Source of the DNA: Candidatus Sulfomarinibacteraceae bacterium
Lineage (GTDB): Bacteria > Acidobacteriota > Thermoanaerobaculia > Thermoanaerobaculales > Sulfomarinibacteraceae
Reading direction: 5' to 3'
Assembly (NCBI GenBank): GCA_963796455.1
Contig: CAWCLO010000003.1
Location: forward strand, 32,001 to 96,000
DNA: 64,000 bases
This document shows, piece by piece, positions 10,295 to 19,649 of this stretch; position 1 is the stretch's first letter, and each line of letters opens with the position of its first letter. A program made the position numbers and the translations under genes. The notes beneath the pieces were generated by a model. It saw nothing but the letters and a program-made list of their open reading frames with translations. It ran no database searches and had not been told where the DNA came from.

Positions 10295-11125
10295 ATGGCG
10301 AACCACATCGGCACCGAAGAACTCAAAAAGGCCGCCCGCAATCTCGAGCGGTTGTCCCAGTTCATGGGTGAGCGACGCGATTGGCTTCTCGGCATGGATG
10401 CCGAGCGCGCCGCTCTGGAAACGCGCAATTCTGCACTAGCGCTGAGCGATCTTTTGACAGCCTGGGTCGACGAAAGCGGCAACGATATCGGAATTGGTCG
10501 CGTCCGGCAGCCTCCCGGTCTGGAACCGACAGGCAAGGTCTCTGCGGGTCGACTGAGCAAATTTTCGGAATTTCTCGATCAACTCAATACCTGGTTCGAA
10601 TCCCACCGGGACGCCCCGGTTCCGCCCGATTCGGAGGAACCGATTCGATCGATTCGGGCATCTCTGAAGGCCACACACGACGCGTTGACCCGATTGCTCG
10701 GACCGGCCGCAATTCCCGGCGGAGCCAATGTCGAAAACGAGGCGACTGAGGCAGAAGAGAAAGACCCCAGGGATTTCGGCCCACTGACTGCCGATGATCT
10801 CGGGCCGGTCGCAGAAGTCGACATCAACGCACGGCTCATCCTGCACGACACCGTCAAAAAGCGGCTCCTTCAGGAATTTCGCGGGGTCAGAGAGCTGACG
10901 AAGGAAACCAGAGAACTGGTGGACGGCTTTTTCGCCAAACAGAAGGTCGAGCACTCCGACAACGAGATGCGGAAGGTCTACGACAAGGTTCAGAAATGGA
11001 TCGAGGGCACTCCGGAGGGCCGAGTCCTTGTTGTCAAGATCAGTGGTCTCTCGGGCAAACCCGAGGCCTACTCGAGTTACAGGATGGTCGAAGATATCGA
11101 AGAGCTCGGTGGCGGGAAGCATTGA
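10295..11125 (+). CDS. Hypothetical protein
   Basis: 276-aa ORF with natural codon usage filling the gap divergent from pyrC; TAGAAT upstream; no recognised motif. Confidence 0.7.
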   Translation: MANHIGTEELKKAARNLERLSQFMGERRDWLLGMDAERAALETRNSALALSDLLTAWVDESGNDIGIGRVRQPPGLEPTGKVSAGRLSKFSEFLDQLNTWFESHRDAPVPPDSEEPIRSIRASLKATHDALTRLLGPAAIPGGANVENEATEAEEKDPRDFGPLTADDLGPVAEVDINARLILHDTVKKRLLQEFRGVRELTKETRELVDGFFAKQKVEHSDNEMRKVYDKVQKWIEGTPEGRVLVVKISGLSGKPEAYSSYRMVEDIEELGGGKH

Positions 11126-11129
11126 ATCC

Positions 11130-11402
11130 ATGGTGCAAAGCACATCTCCACTGGCGGCCCTGGTGCAGCGTTTTCTGCCCAACCTGAGGTACCCCTACCT
11201 CTTTGTCATCCTGGCGGGGCTGTTTGTCCTCGATCTCGTGGTGCCGGATCCGATTCCGATGCTCGACGAAGTCCTGTTGGCGGTTCTGACTTTTGTCGCC
11301 GCATCCTTCAAGACCCGTCGTGAAGACCAACCACCGCCACGCGACGTGACCCCGCCCGACGATGACCCGAAAGAGCTCGACTCGGGAGAGCCTCCGGTCT
11401 AG
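11130..11402 (+). CDS. Small membrane protein, DUF6116-like
   Basis: LRYPYLFVILAGLFVLDLVVPDPIPMLDEVLL pattern. Confidence 0.7.
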   Translation: MVQSTSPLAALVQRFLPNLRYPYLFVILAGLFVLDLVVPDPIPMLDEVLLAVLTFVAASFKTRREDQPPPRDVTPPDDDPKELDSGEPPV

Positions 11403-11420
11403 CTCGATACTCGATGCTGG

Positions 11421-11755
11421 ATCACTCTTGTCCAAGACAGAATCTCAGACAGCGATCGGGGACAGCGTCAGTGACAGGAGTCGGCGGCAGCGACAGCGGA
11501 CAGGGTCACAGCGAACAGCACTCACTTCTTCGGGGCTCCGGCCTTTGTGGTGCGGCCGTCTCGGCCGCACGGTGTGCAGGCGAGACGCCTACACCACCAC
11601 GGCTCTTCCTTCTGTTGAACGATCCGGAGGTGGCCACGCCGTCACTGCACCTGATCGCTGACCCTGAACACTGATTGCTGCCCCCTGTCCCTGTTCGCTG
11701 TTGCCTGTCGCTGACGCTGGACACTGTCGCTGCCGCTGCAATTAGGGATCGGGAA
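11421..11755 (-). mobile_element. Four-helix-bundle element family, copy B (no gene, REP doublet in the centre)
   Basis: atcactcttgtccaagacaga at 11421; 11685-11743 is a 59/59 reverse-complement match to 4390-4448; keeps the anti-RBS arm and the ORF end (ccg aag aag tga gtgctgttcgctg). Confidence 0.75.
11547..11600. repeat. Inverted REP doublet (REPIN-like), GTGG plus palindrome
   Basis: GTGG-tgcggcc-gtctc-ggccgca and, on the opposite strand, GTGG-tgtaggc-gtctc-gcctgca; same 50 bp at 25271-25320. Confidence 0.7.
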
Positions 11756-11806
11756 GAAAGGGAGAAAGGGAGAAAGGGAGAAAGGGAGAAAGGGAGAAAG
11801 GGAGAA
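11751..11806. repeat. Octamer array (GGGAGAAA), about 6 units
   Basis: Directly visible. Confidence 0.95.
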
Positions 11807-11839
11807 CCGTACCGGAATTCCCGTTCGTGATAAGGAGCG

Positions 11840-11916
11840 CCGAACTCCGAACTCCGAACTCCGAACTCCGAACTCCGAACTCCGAACTCCGAACTCCGAA
11901 CTCCGAACTCCGAACT
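11840..11916. repeat. Perfect heptamer array (CCGAACT)11
   Basis: 11 exact units. Confidence 0.98.
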
Positions 11917-11929
11917 CCATCGAGTGCGA

Positions 11930-12463
11930 CTACTCCTCCTCGATCAAGCGCATCGAAGTCAGGAGGATCGCGCCATCAGGAGAGTCGAGCCCGGCGTCCA
12001 CCGAAAAAACGTAGTCTCCTTCGTGGCCGTGGAGCGGGAAGCGGATCCGCCCGCGGCGCTCTTGCTCCGACGACAGCTCGAGTTCGATTGCAGCCTTGAT
12101 CCCGGCGTCGTTCTCCGGCCCGTGGGCAACCGCAATCCTGGCCCGCCCACCATTGCCTTCGAATTGATAGTTCAGGACCAGCGCGTCAATCCGTTCATCC
12201 ATCGTGAAGGAGACGACAAGCTGTCCCGAAACCCGAAGCGTCACCGCCGCCGCCTCAGGATCGACCGTGATGCCGTCCACCTCACCACCGGTTGCAGATT
12301 CAGCGGCGGCTGCGGGAATGAAATCAACCTTGCCTTTTGTCAGCAATCGCGGCAAGGACTTGGCTGGGGTCCTGACAGAATCGACGAAATCTACGACAGC
12401 TACCGAGACGAACAAAAACGCGACAACCAGCGCCCACGGGCGCAAGAGCTGGCGGTAATCCAT
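11930..12463 (-). CDS. Hypothetical membrane-anchored protein
   Basis: N-terminal hydrophobic helix; ATG overlaps the upstream stop (TGATG). Confidence 0.7.
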   Translation of the reverse strand: MDYRQLLRPWALVVAFLFVSVAVVDFVDSVRTPAKSLPRLLTKGKVDFIPAAAAESATGGEVDGITVDPEAAAVTLRVSGQLVVSFTMDERIDALVLNYQFEGNGGRARIAVAHGPENDAGIKAAIELELSSEQERRGRIRFPLHGHEGDYVFSVDAGLDSPDGAILLTSMRLIEEE

Positions 12464-15400
12464 CAACTCACCGGTTTCGCACCGGGAACCCGTTTCCGCA
12501 GCCGCTCAAAAAACTCTTCGACTCGATAACCTGAAGAATCTGCGGCAGCGACAATCCAGTCGATCGCGGCCACGATCTCTTCGACGCCGGCTGCGGCATC
12601 GCCGGGGGATTGGTTGATCGTCTCCACCGAGACGGTTGTCGCGAGACCATCGGCCATCTCTTCGAAGCTCTCACGATTGAACCACAGCACGTCATCGTGG
12701 CGATGGACCCCGAGCCATCGCCGGCCCTCGGCAGATTCAAAAAGACCCTTCAAGCGATCGAACACGTCTTCGATCGGACCCTCGGTTTCTGCCTGCCGAT
12801 CCCCGGCGGGCATCAGAACATCGACAATGGCCGCCATCCGGTGCGCCTCGTCCCGTTCCTTCCCCAACTCGTGCAACACATCACCAACCGTCGACCTCAG
12901 ATGCCACGCTTCATATATCTCTTGCGGCCGATCAGCTGCATCCATGATTTCGCTCGCGGTCGCCAGGTGCCGTGCCGAGATCCAGGCGATTAATACCGCC
13001 CACCCCTCGGGCGTTCCCAGAGTGCGCAGGAGAGGCCCCTCAGGAGTGCTGGCGTCATCACCTGAAGAATCGCGATCGAGCACACTGTCGCGCAGGGCGA
13101 GGGCTGCCTCGAGATCGGTCAAGATCAGACGTTCGGTGTCGGCGCCGGAGCCCTCCGTTTCCAGATGCTCCATGACGGCGTCGACAAAACGGGGCACCAC
13201 ATCGACCGCGGTTTTGCGCAACCGGTCTCCCGCGGCTTCGCCAACCCGGGCAAGCTTCTGCAGCATCACCGGATCGATCAGCTCCCGAAATGGGTCGAGC
13301 ACCGGCGCCAGCACCAACTGGGCAACGGCCTGCTCGACGCTGGGCACACCGCGATCTCCCAGACGGCTGGCGAGTTGGTCCCAGGGGTGCTGCTCGTCAG
13401 TTGTCACGACACGGAATTCCAGAAAGCAGTGCAGTCGGTAAGGGTCGAGATGGAACTCGAAACCATCCGACCGAATCCTCCCACAGGAGCGCAGGTACTG
13501 GAGGCCCGTCACCCCGTCCCTGACGATCAGCCAGGTATCGTCGCCGCCGAGCCCCAGTCCGTCGGCAATTCCGGTACGGATGAGGTCGGGTGGGGAAGAT
13601 TCCGAGCGCCGGGCAACAGCGGTCGAAAGCCTCAGACGGCCGCGGCTCTCGCCGTGGTGGTTGTGGTACACGACGAGGCTTCGTTCGCCGTCGATCTCGT
13701 TGGAATAGGCAAAGACGTTTTCATCGACACCGCCGTCAGCGGTTTCGAAGTCGTAGAGGAGGAAGTTGTCGACCTCCGAGAAGATGCGCCGTTTGTTGAG
13801 CAGCGGAAACACCTGCAGTTCGTGGCGCCACACCAGGCCCTCGTTGGGTTTCTCATCCCAACGTGGGCGGTGAAATTCCATCCCGTATTTTTCGGCCAAT
13901 CCTTCGATCTGCCCATGCCCGAGCATCGGTAAACCGGGCATGGTGGCCATCATGGTCATCACGCCGAAGTATTTGTCGCCGGTCCCGAATTGATCGACCG
14001 CGGTCCGTTCGTCGGGGTTCGACATGAAGTTGACATAACGCTTGAGGATCTGAGGATCGAACTCGAGAGTCGATCGAATGAGTTGCCGGTACTCCGCGTT
14101 GCGCTCGTCGCGCAACATATTCATGAAGGCCGAGTTGTAGACCCGGTGCATCCCGAGGGTCCGTACGAAGTAGCCCTCGAGGAGCCAGAAGGCCTCCGCC
14201 AGAAGCAGCGTGTCGGGTGCCTCCAACGCAACCCTTTCCACCACTTCCCGCCAGAATTCGCGCGGCATGGCGGCGTCGAAATCGGCCTTGGGCATTCCGA
14301 AGGCCGCCCGTGAAGGGACCGCGCCGGCTGCGCCCGGCTCCGGGAACCACAACCGATGATAGTGCTGGCGAGCGAGTGTCATGGCGGCATCGAAGCGGAT
14401 GACCGGCGACCGTCTCGCGACGGCGAGAATGGTCTGGATCACCCCTTCGCGCACCTCGGGGTTGAGATAGTCGAGCTGCGCGGTGTCGTTCCACGGCATC
14501 GAGGTGCCGTCGTTGCCGTGATAGATGTAGCGCGCATCGCCGGTCAAACGGTCGAGTCGTTTGAAAACCACGGCGGCGTCGCTTTTTTCCCAGTATTTGT
14601 CCTCGATGAAGATCCCGACGCGGTCATCATCGGACAGATCCGGACCATCAAAGCGATAACCCGGGTACGGTGGCTCGTCGACCGACAGGAACCAATCGGG
14701 GTGCTCGATCAGCCACCGAGAATCGATGCCCATGTGGTTCGGCACCATATCGGTCGACAGCCGGATGTCGAATGCATCGGCTCGTGCTCTGAGATTCTCG
14801 TAAGCCGGCTCACCACCAAGGGCATCGGCAATCCGGTAATCTTGAAGGGAGTACGCCGAAGCAACTGCGTCCTCATCCCCCATCATTCGTTTGATGCGCT
14901 CGGAGGCGCGGCTGCGCTCCCAAACCCCGATCAGCCAGAGACCCGTGATGCCCCAAGCCTTCAGGCGAGCGAGCTCCTCGTCGGGGATCTCGTCGAGGGT
15001 GGAGATCTTGCGCCCGTATTTGTCTCCCAACTGCGCCAACCACACATAAGCATTCTTGGCCAGAAGAACGAGCTGAGGCATCCACTCCTGGTCGGCGGAG
15101 TATCGCTCTCCGGTCTCCGCCAGGACCCGGTAGTCCGGTGGCTCGACCGGGCCGGGGCCGGGCGGAAAAACAACCCGATGCTCCTCGGCCATCAAGTCGA
15201 GACTGCCAAGCACCCGGTGCAGATCCGGCCCCAACAAATCGATCCAACTGGCGCGAAGGAACTCGAGCTGTCCCTCGAGTGACTGCGGCGCCGCGCGCAT
15301 CGGCGCATACAGGAGATCGAGCAGCGTCGAGCCCTCGACACCGGTCGATGGCACATCTCCGAGAATCTTCTCGGTGGTCTCGAGAGCGGGGACATAGGAT

Positions 15401-15981
15401 GTTTCGTTGCGCAGCACCTCATCGTTAAAAAGTTCTCGAAATTCATCGAAAGCCGGGTTCCGATTGGCCAACCACAACAGCAGCATCTCTTCGAGGACAA
15501 GCTCGCGATGGGCGACACCCGCGGTGGCGCCAGCCAGATAGGCCTCGGGTGTTACCTCTCCTCGATAGACCGCGGCCGACGGAAACTCCTCGACAAAAGC
15601 ACGCAACAGCCGCGCGACCGCTTCAGCTCCCAGATCTTGCTCGAGCCGCGCCAGGGAATCGCGCCACAGAGACGGCGCCTTCTCACGACGGTGGCGTGCC
15701 ACCAAAAGGTGGAGAATCTCATCGATGAGCCCGAGCGCATAGATCTTCGAGGCGCTGATGGCCCGCTCCGGATACCGTTCGAGATCGAGTTGCTCGTTGA
15801 TACGGTGGGCAAAGAGCTGCGCGGCGCGAAAATCCGCAAAGACGACGTTGCCGGTCAGCCCGAAAAGCGAATCCGGCATCCCGTAAGAATCTCGTGCGCG
15901 CCGCGACACGTGAAATTCGCGCGGCGCACGATCGACGAAAAAGGGCTCAGATGTTCTCATCAAAAAATCCGGAGCCATCAT
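12463..15981 (-). CDS. Large alpha-amylase family (GH13) protein
   Basis: DMVPNH, RFDAAM and AEAFW conserved regions; 1172 aa. Confidence 0.88.
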   Translation of the reverse strand: MMAPDFLMRTSEPFFVDRAPREFHVSRRARDSYGMPDSLFGLTGNVVFADFRAAQLFAHRINEQLDLERYPERAISASKIYALGLIDEILHLLVARHRREKAPSLWRDSLARLEQDLGAEAVARLLRAFVEEFPSAAVYRGEVTPEAYLAGATAGVAHRELVLEEMLLLWLANRNPAFDEFRELFNDEVLRNETSYVPALETTEKILGDVPSTGVEGSTLLDLLYAPMRAAPQSLEGQLEFLRASWIDLLGPDLHRVLGSLDLMAEEHRVVFPPGPGPVEPPDYRVLAETGERYSADQEWMPQLVLLAKNAYVWLAQLGDKYGRKISTLDEIPDEELARLKAWGITGLWLIGVWERSRASERIKRMMGDEDAVASAYSLQDYRIADALGGEPAYENLRARADAFDIRLSTDMVPNHMGIDSRWLIEHPDWFLSVDEPPYPGYRFDGPDLSDDDRVGIFIEDKYWEKSDAAVVFKRLDRLTGDARYIYHGNDGTSMPWNDTAQLDYLNPEVREGVIQTILAVARRSPVIRFDAAMTLARQHYHRLWFPEPGAAGAVPSRAAFGMPKADFDAAMPREFWREVVERVALEAPDTLLLAEAFWLLEGYFVRTLGMHRVYNSAFMNMLRDERNAEYRQLIRSTLEFDPQILKRYVNFMSNPDERTAVDQFGTGDKYFGVMTMMATMPGLPMLGHGQIEGLAEKYGMEFHRPRWDEKPNEGLVWRHELQVFPLLNKRRIFSEVDNFLLYDFETADGGVDENVFAYSNEIDGERSLVVYHNHHGESRGRLRLSTAVARRSESSPPDLIRTGIADGLGLGGDDTWLIVRDGVTGLQYLRSCGRIRSDGFEFHLDPYRLHCFLEFRVVTTDEQHPWDQLASRLGDRGVPSVEQAVAQLVLAPVLDPFRELIDPVMLQKLARVGEAAGDRLRKTAVDVVPRFVDAVMEHLETEGSGADTERLILTDLEAALALRDSVLDRDSSGDDASTPEGPLLRTLGTPEGWAVLIAWISARHLATASEIMDAADRPQEIYEAWHLRSTVGDVLHELGKERDEAHRMAAIVDVLMPAGDRQAETEGPIEDVFDRLKGLFESAEGRRWLGVHRHDDVLWFNRESFEEMADGLATTVSVETINQSPGDAAAGVEEIVAAIDWIVAAADSSGYRVEEFFERLRKRVPGAKPVS

Positions 15982-15984
15982 AGA

Positions 15985-16070
15985 CCGAATTCGGAGTTCG
16001 GAATTCGGAATTCGGAGTTTTTGCGCACCTCACGGAGCGACAGGTGGCCGATTCAGAATTCCGAACTCTG
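15985..16070. repeat. Heptamer array (TTCGGAA/TTCGGAG) with an inverted partner
   Basis: ttcggagttcggaattcggaattcggagtt ... attcagaattccgaactc. Confidence 0.8.
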
Positions 16071-17105
16071 CGTTTCGGGCTGCGCATCGCGCAGCTCGAA
16101 GGTCAGGGGACAATGATCGGAGACATCCCAGAAGGTCCCATCCTCTTCTCCCGGCCGCGAGACGATCTCCTTGCATTGGGAGCGAGCGCAGTGGAGCCAG
16201 GCCTGAAGGGGAACCGTCACCAGCCTCGAGTTGAATCCTCGCAGAAATACATGATCGAGCATCGATGGCACCTGGATGCCGTCGCGCTCGCCCCGCCCTT
16301 CCCAGTATGAGGAGCACCCGGTGGTATTGGCCAATCGCATCAATTCGGCCTCGCCGAGAATGGCGTCGATGGACTGCAATTCGCCGTCAAAACCACCACG
16401 CGGCGAACCCGCGGTGTTGAAATCGCCCGCGACAATGACGTCCGGGTCGTCGATCTCCTCGACCCTGGCAGCGATCCATTCGGCCAGGGCCCGGTTCTGA
16501 CGCCGGCGATCGGCGAAGCCCTTGACGGTCGACTCGTGGTGCACCGTCACAAAGGTGAAGTCGAGACCACCGGTTTTCAGGCTCCGGAAATAAGCCGCAT
16601 AGGCGGGACGCATCCCGGGCTCCATGGCCACCGCGGCGATCTCGATCGGTTCTCCCACCAACTCGAGCACATCGGCGTCCCAGGCGATGGCCAGGTGTTG
16701 CCCGTGGCGGCCACCGTTGGAGGAGTAGCGCACTTCCATGCTGCGTTCGCCCGTGGCGCGCCGCAAAATCGGCCCGAAACGGCGGATATCGTTGACCTCC
16801 TGCAATGCCCACAGGTCGCCGTCGAGCCCACGGAACACCTCCTCGAAGTCGCAGATATTGGTGCGGCGCGAATAGGCCAGATCGGCGTCTTGCGGCCGCT
16901 CGTCAAGCGGAAAGTTGCGCACGTTCCAGGCCACGATCCGCAGATCGCTTTCGGAGTCCGGAGTGCTCGGCAGGTCGGCGGCCGTTACGCCCGGACCGGG
17001 AAAACCGGCGCACCGGAGCTGGTGCCGCAACACGATGGACATCACCGCGATGCATGTGATCGCGCACACCACCAAAAAGACTGTGAACTTGGATCTGTTT
17101 GCCAT
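16053..17105 (-). CDS. Exported endonuclease/exonuclease/phosphatase family protein
   Basis: VAWNVRNF, ALQEV, AGDFN, LDHVF, SDHCP; N-terminal TM or signal segment; start approximate. Confidence 0.88.
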   Translation of the reverse strand: MANRSKFTVFLVVCAITCIAVMSIVLRHQLRCAGFPGPGVTAADLPSTPDSESDLRIVAWNVRNFPLDERPQDADLAYSRRTNICDFEEVFRGLDGDLWALQEVNDIRRFGPILRRATGERSMEVRYSSNGGRHGQHLAIAWDADVLELVGEPIEIAAVAMEPGMRPAYAAYFRSLKTGGLDFTFVTVHHESTVKGFADRRRQNRALAEWIAARVEEIDDPDVIVAGDFNTAGSPRGGFDGELQSIDAILGEAELMRLANTTGCSSYWEGRGERDGIQVPSMLDHVFLRGFNSRLVTVPLQAWLHCARSQCKEIVSRPGEEDGTFWDVSDHCPLTFELRDAQPETQSSEF

Positions 17106-17537
17106 GCGGGCCATGGTGCCGTGGACTGACCAACAACGCAATGCCAACGGAGCCAGATAGAAATTGAACACGCGTCTCATTACGCTTGGGGTGATGAGAA
17201 CACTCCTCGTGAGCAAATTCCCCATTCGCAACATGTTGCATCCAATGATTCAATCGACGTAGAGGAAAAACACAATGTGAACACTTGCGTTTTTGCTCAA
17301 TAGAGTTGACATTCGCCCGAAGATCTACGATTCTACGAAATGTAATGAGAGCGTCACACGACCCGCATCCGTTGATATCTGGCGGTCCGTCCCGCTCTCG
17401 GCGAATATCCAAAAAATGAATGAGATCACTCACCCCCACCATCCGATGCGAGGCCAGGAACCGCCCGGCCGCGCCCGCCGGGTTTTGGGGAGAAAAATTG
17501 AGAAGGCAAACTCCAAACTGGAGAAGGAGGCACGAAG

Positions 17538-19580
17538 ATGATCACGCTCATGAAGACCCTGGTGGTTCTGGCGACTGCAGGTGCAACGGCTGTCCCGATG
17601 GTCAAAGCACCGGCGACCCGCATGGTCCCGAGTCACCCGACCCAGGAGGTGCAATACACCTCCAACCAAAAAGAGTTCTACATGACCGAAGAGGAAAAAA
17701 ACTATGCTCGCCCGGGTTTGACGGTTGAAATCGTCAACGTCGAGATTTCGGCCGATCGCCATCCGGTGGTCGAGCTCAAGTATTACGACGATCTCGGTGC
17801 ACCGCTGGATCGAGCCGGCGTTGTGACGCCGGGTACGATCGGCTTCAGCTTTGTCTTTGCCTGGTATGACGGCGCCATCAACCAGTACACCGCCTATACC
17901 GTCCGGCCCGCCGGCGACTACGAGCAGGCGACCTCCGATTCCGGTGGAAGCTGGGAAGATGTGACGATCGGTCATTCCTTCTACACCTTCGGCACTCAGC
18001 TGCCCGAGGGTTATGACATGACCAAGACCCACACGATGTATACCTACGCCACCCGGGAGACCGCGGAAATCCTCGGCAAGACCTACTACTCCGATCCGAC
18101 CTACGATTTCCGGCCGGACGGCGTGGAGGCGACCGAGCTCTGGGGCTCGATGCTCGAGTCCACCTGCAACAGCTGCCACCACGACCTCGCGCTTCACGGA
18201 AGTCGTCGGCGTGCTCTCAAGGGCTGCATGATGTGCCACAGCCCGCAGTCGACCGATCCCGAGAGCGGCAACACGGTCAACATGAAGGAGATGGCCCACA
18301 AGATCCATATGGGCGCCAATCTTCCCAGCGTGCAGGCCGGAATTCCCTACCAGATCATCGGTTACCGCGGCGCGGTCCACGACTACTCCGGAGTCATCTT
18401 CCCGCAGGACATCCGTAACTGCGAGACCTGCCACAAATCGGATGCACCCAAGGGCTTCCGTTTTATGACCGCCCCATCAAGGGCCGCGTGCGGCAGCTGC
18501 CACGACAACATCGTCTGGGAGACCGGCGAGGGCCATCCGGTGCCTCAATTTGACGACACTCTGTGCGCTGCGTGCCACGTTCCCGAGGGTGAGAGCGAGT
18601 TCGACATCTCGGTCACGGGCGCCCACACGATTCCGCTCAAATCGAGCCAATTGACCGGTGTGAACATGGACATCACCGATGTCACCAATGTGGCCCCCGG
18701 CGATACTCCGACTGTCTATTTCACGCTCACAACCGACGATGGTTCGACCATTTCGCCGATCTCCGGTCTCCGCACCCTCACCCTGAGGGCCGCTGGTCCG
18801 CAGGGCGAGACCATCGACCACACGATTGACATGTCTCAGGACGCACGCGGTGCAACCATGGTCGGTGACGAGTACATGGCCACCTTCGGCACCGCCCTTC
18901 CCGAGGATGCCACCGGCACCTGGACCTTCAGCGCCGATGTCCGCCGCGAAGAACTGATCGACGACGGTTCGGTCGACGGTCTCGTCGTTACCGTTGGGGC
19001 GTTCAACCCGACGTTCTATGCGTCCGTGACCGACAGCGAAGCCGACCCGCGGCGCACGGTGGTTGCGATCGACAAATGCAACGTTTGCCACGACTCGCTG
19101 GCGCTTCACGGCGGTCAGCGCTTCAACACCCAGGAATGCGTGATGTGCCACCGGCCCAACAACGACGATTCGCCGGTCCGGCCCGAAGAGGACAACCCGC
19201 CGGAGTCGATCGATATGCGCTGGCTCATTCACCGCATCCACACTGGCGCGGAGCTCGATGTCGACTTCACGGTCTATGGCTACCGCAGCTCGGTCCACAA
19301 CTACAACGAAGTGGTTTACCCGGGTAACCTCCGCAATTGCGTCGCATGCCACGACTCCGGAACCTATGGGGTGCCGGCGCCCGAGGGATCGCAGGAAGTG
19401 ATCACCCAGCGCAGCTACTACTCGCCCACCCAGCCGGCAGCAGCCGCCTGTCTGGCGTGCCACAGCAGCGTCGACGCGGCCGCACACGCCTATACCAACA
19501 CGGCGTTCTTCGGCGAGTCCTGCGCGGCATGCCACGGTGACGGCCGCGATTACTCGGTGGACGAAGTCCACGCGAACTAA
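17538..19580 (+). CDS. OmcA/MtrC-family decaheme c-type cytochrome
   Basis: 10 CxxCH in two groups of five separated by a beta-rich domain; LALHG, AHKIHMG, FPQDIRNC, IHRIHTG motifs; RBS aaggagg. Confidence 0.9.
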   Translation: MITLMKTLVVLATAGATAVPMVKAPATRMVPSHPTQEVQYTSNQKEFYMTEEEKNYARPGLTVEIVNVEISADRHPVVELKYYDDLGAPLDRAGVVTPGTIGFSFVFAWYDGAINQYTAYTVRPAGDYEQATSDSGGSWEDVTIGHSFYTFGTQLPEGYDMTKTHTMYTYATRETAEILGKTYYSDPTYDFRPDGVEATELWGSMLESTCNSCHHDLALHGSRRRALKGCMMCHSPQSTDPESGNTVNMKEMAHKIHMGANLPSVQAGIPYQIIGYRGAVHDYSGVIFPQDIRNCETCHKSDAPKGFRFMTAPSRAACGSCHDNIVWETGEGHPVPQFDDTLCAACHVPEGESEFDISVTGAHTIPLKSSQLTGVNMDITDVTNVAPGDTPTVYFTLTTDDGSTISPISGLRTLTLRAAGPQGETIDHTIDMSQDARGATMVGDEYMATFGTALPEDATGTWTFSADVRREELIDDGSVDGLVVTVGAFNPTFYASVTDSEADPRRTVVAIDKCNVCHDSLALHGGQRFNTQECVMCHRPNNDDSPVRPEEDNPPESIDMRWLIHRIHTGAELDVDFTVYGYRSSVHNYNEVVYPGNLRNCVACHDSGTYGVPAPEGSQEVITQRSYYSPTQPAAAACLACHSSVDAAAHAYTNTAFFGESCAACHGDGRDYSVDEVHAN

Positions 19581-19596
19581 CGAACGATCAAACCTA

Positions 19597-19622
19597 CGAC
19601 CCCCGGCGCGAGCCGGGGGTCG
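19597..19622 (+). promoter_or_regulatory. Intercistronic GC hairpin with a GNRA loop and no U-tract
   Basis: cgacccccggc-gcga-gccgggggtcg, perfect 11-bp stem. Confidence 0.7.
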
Positions 19623-19649
19623 CAGCGTAGCGTGAAAGGTGGGTCGGGC

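Noticed and set aside
11751..11916. CRISPR array
   Set aside because: Contiguous 7-8-nt units without unique spacers; no cas genes.
11642..12099. ORFs with repeating peptides (SSEFGVR, TPNSELR) and similar ones at 4135, 25431, 25720, 43584 and 56079
   Set aside because: Translations of tandem DNA repeats, without RBS or protein-like composition.
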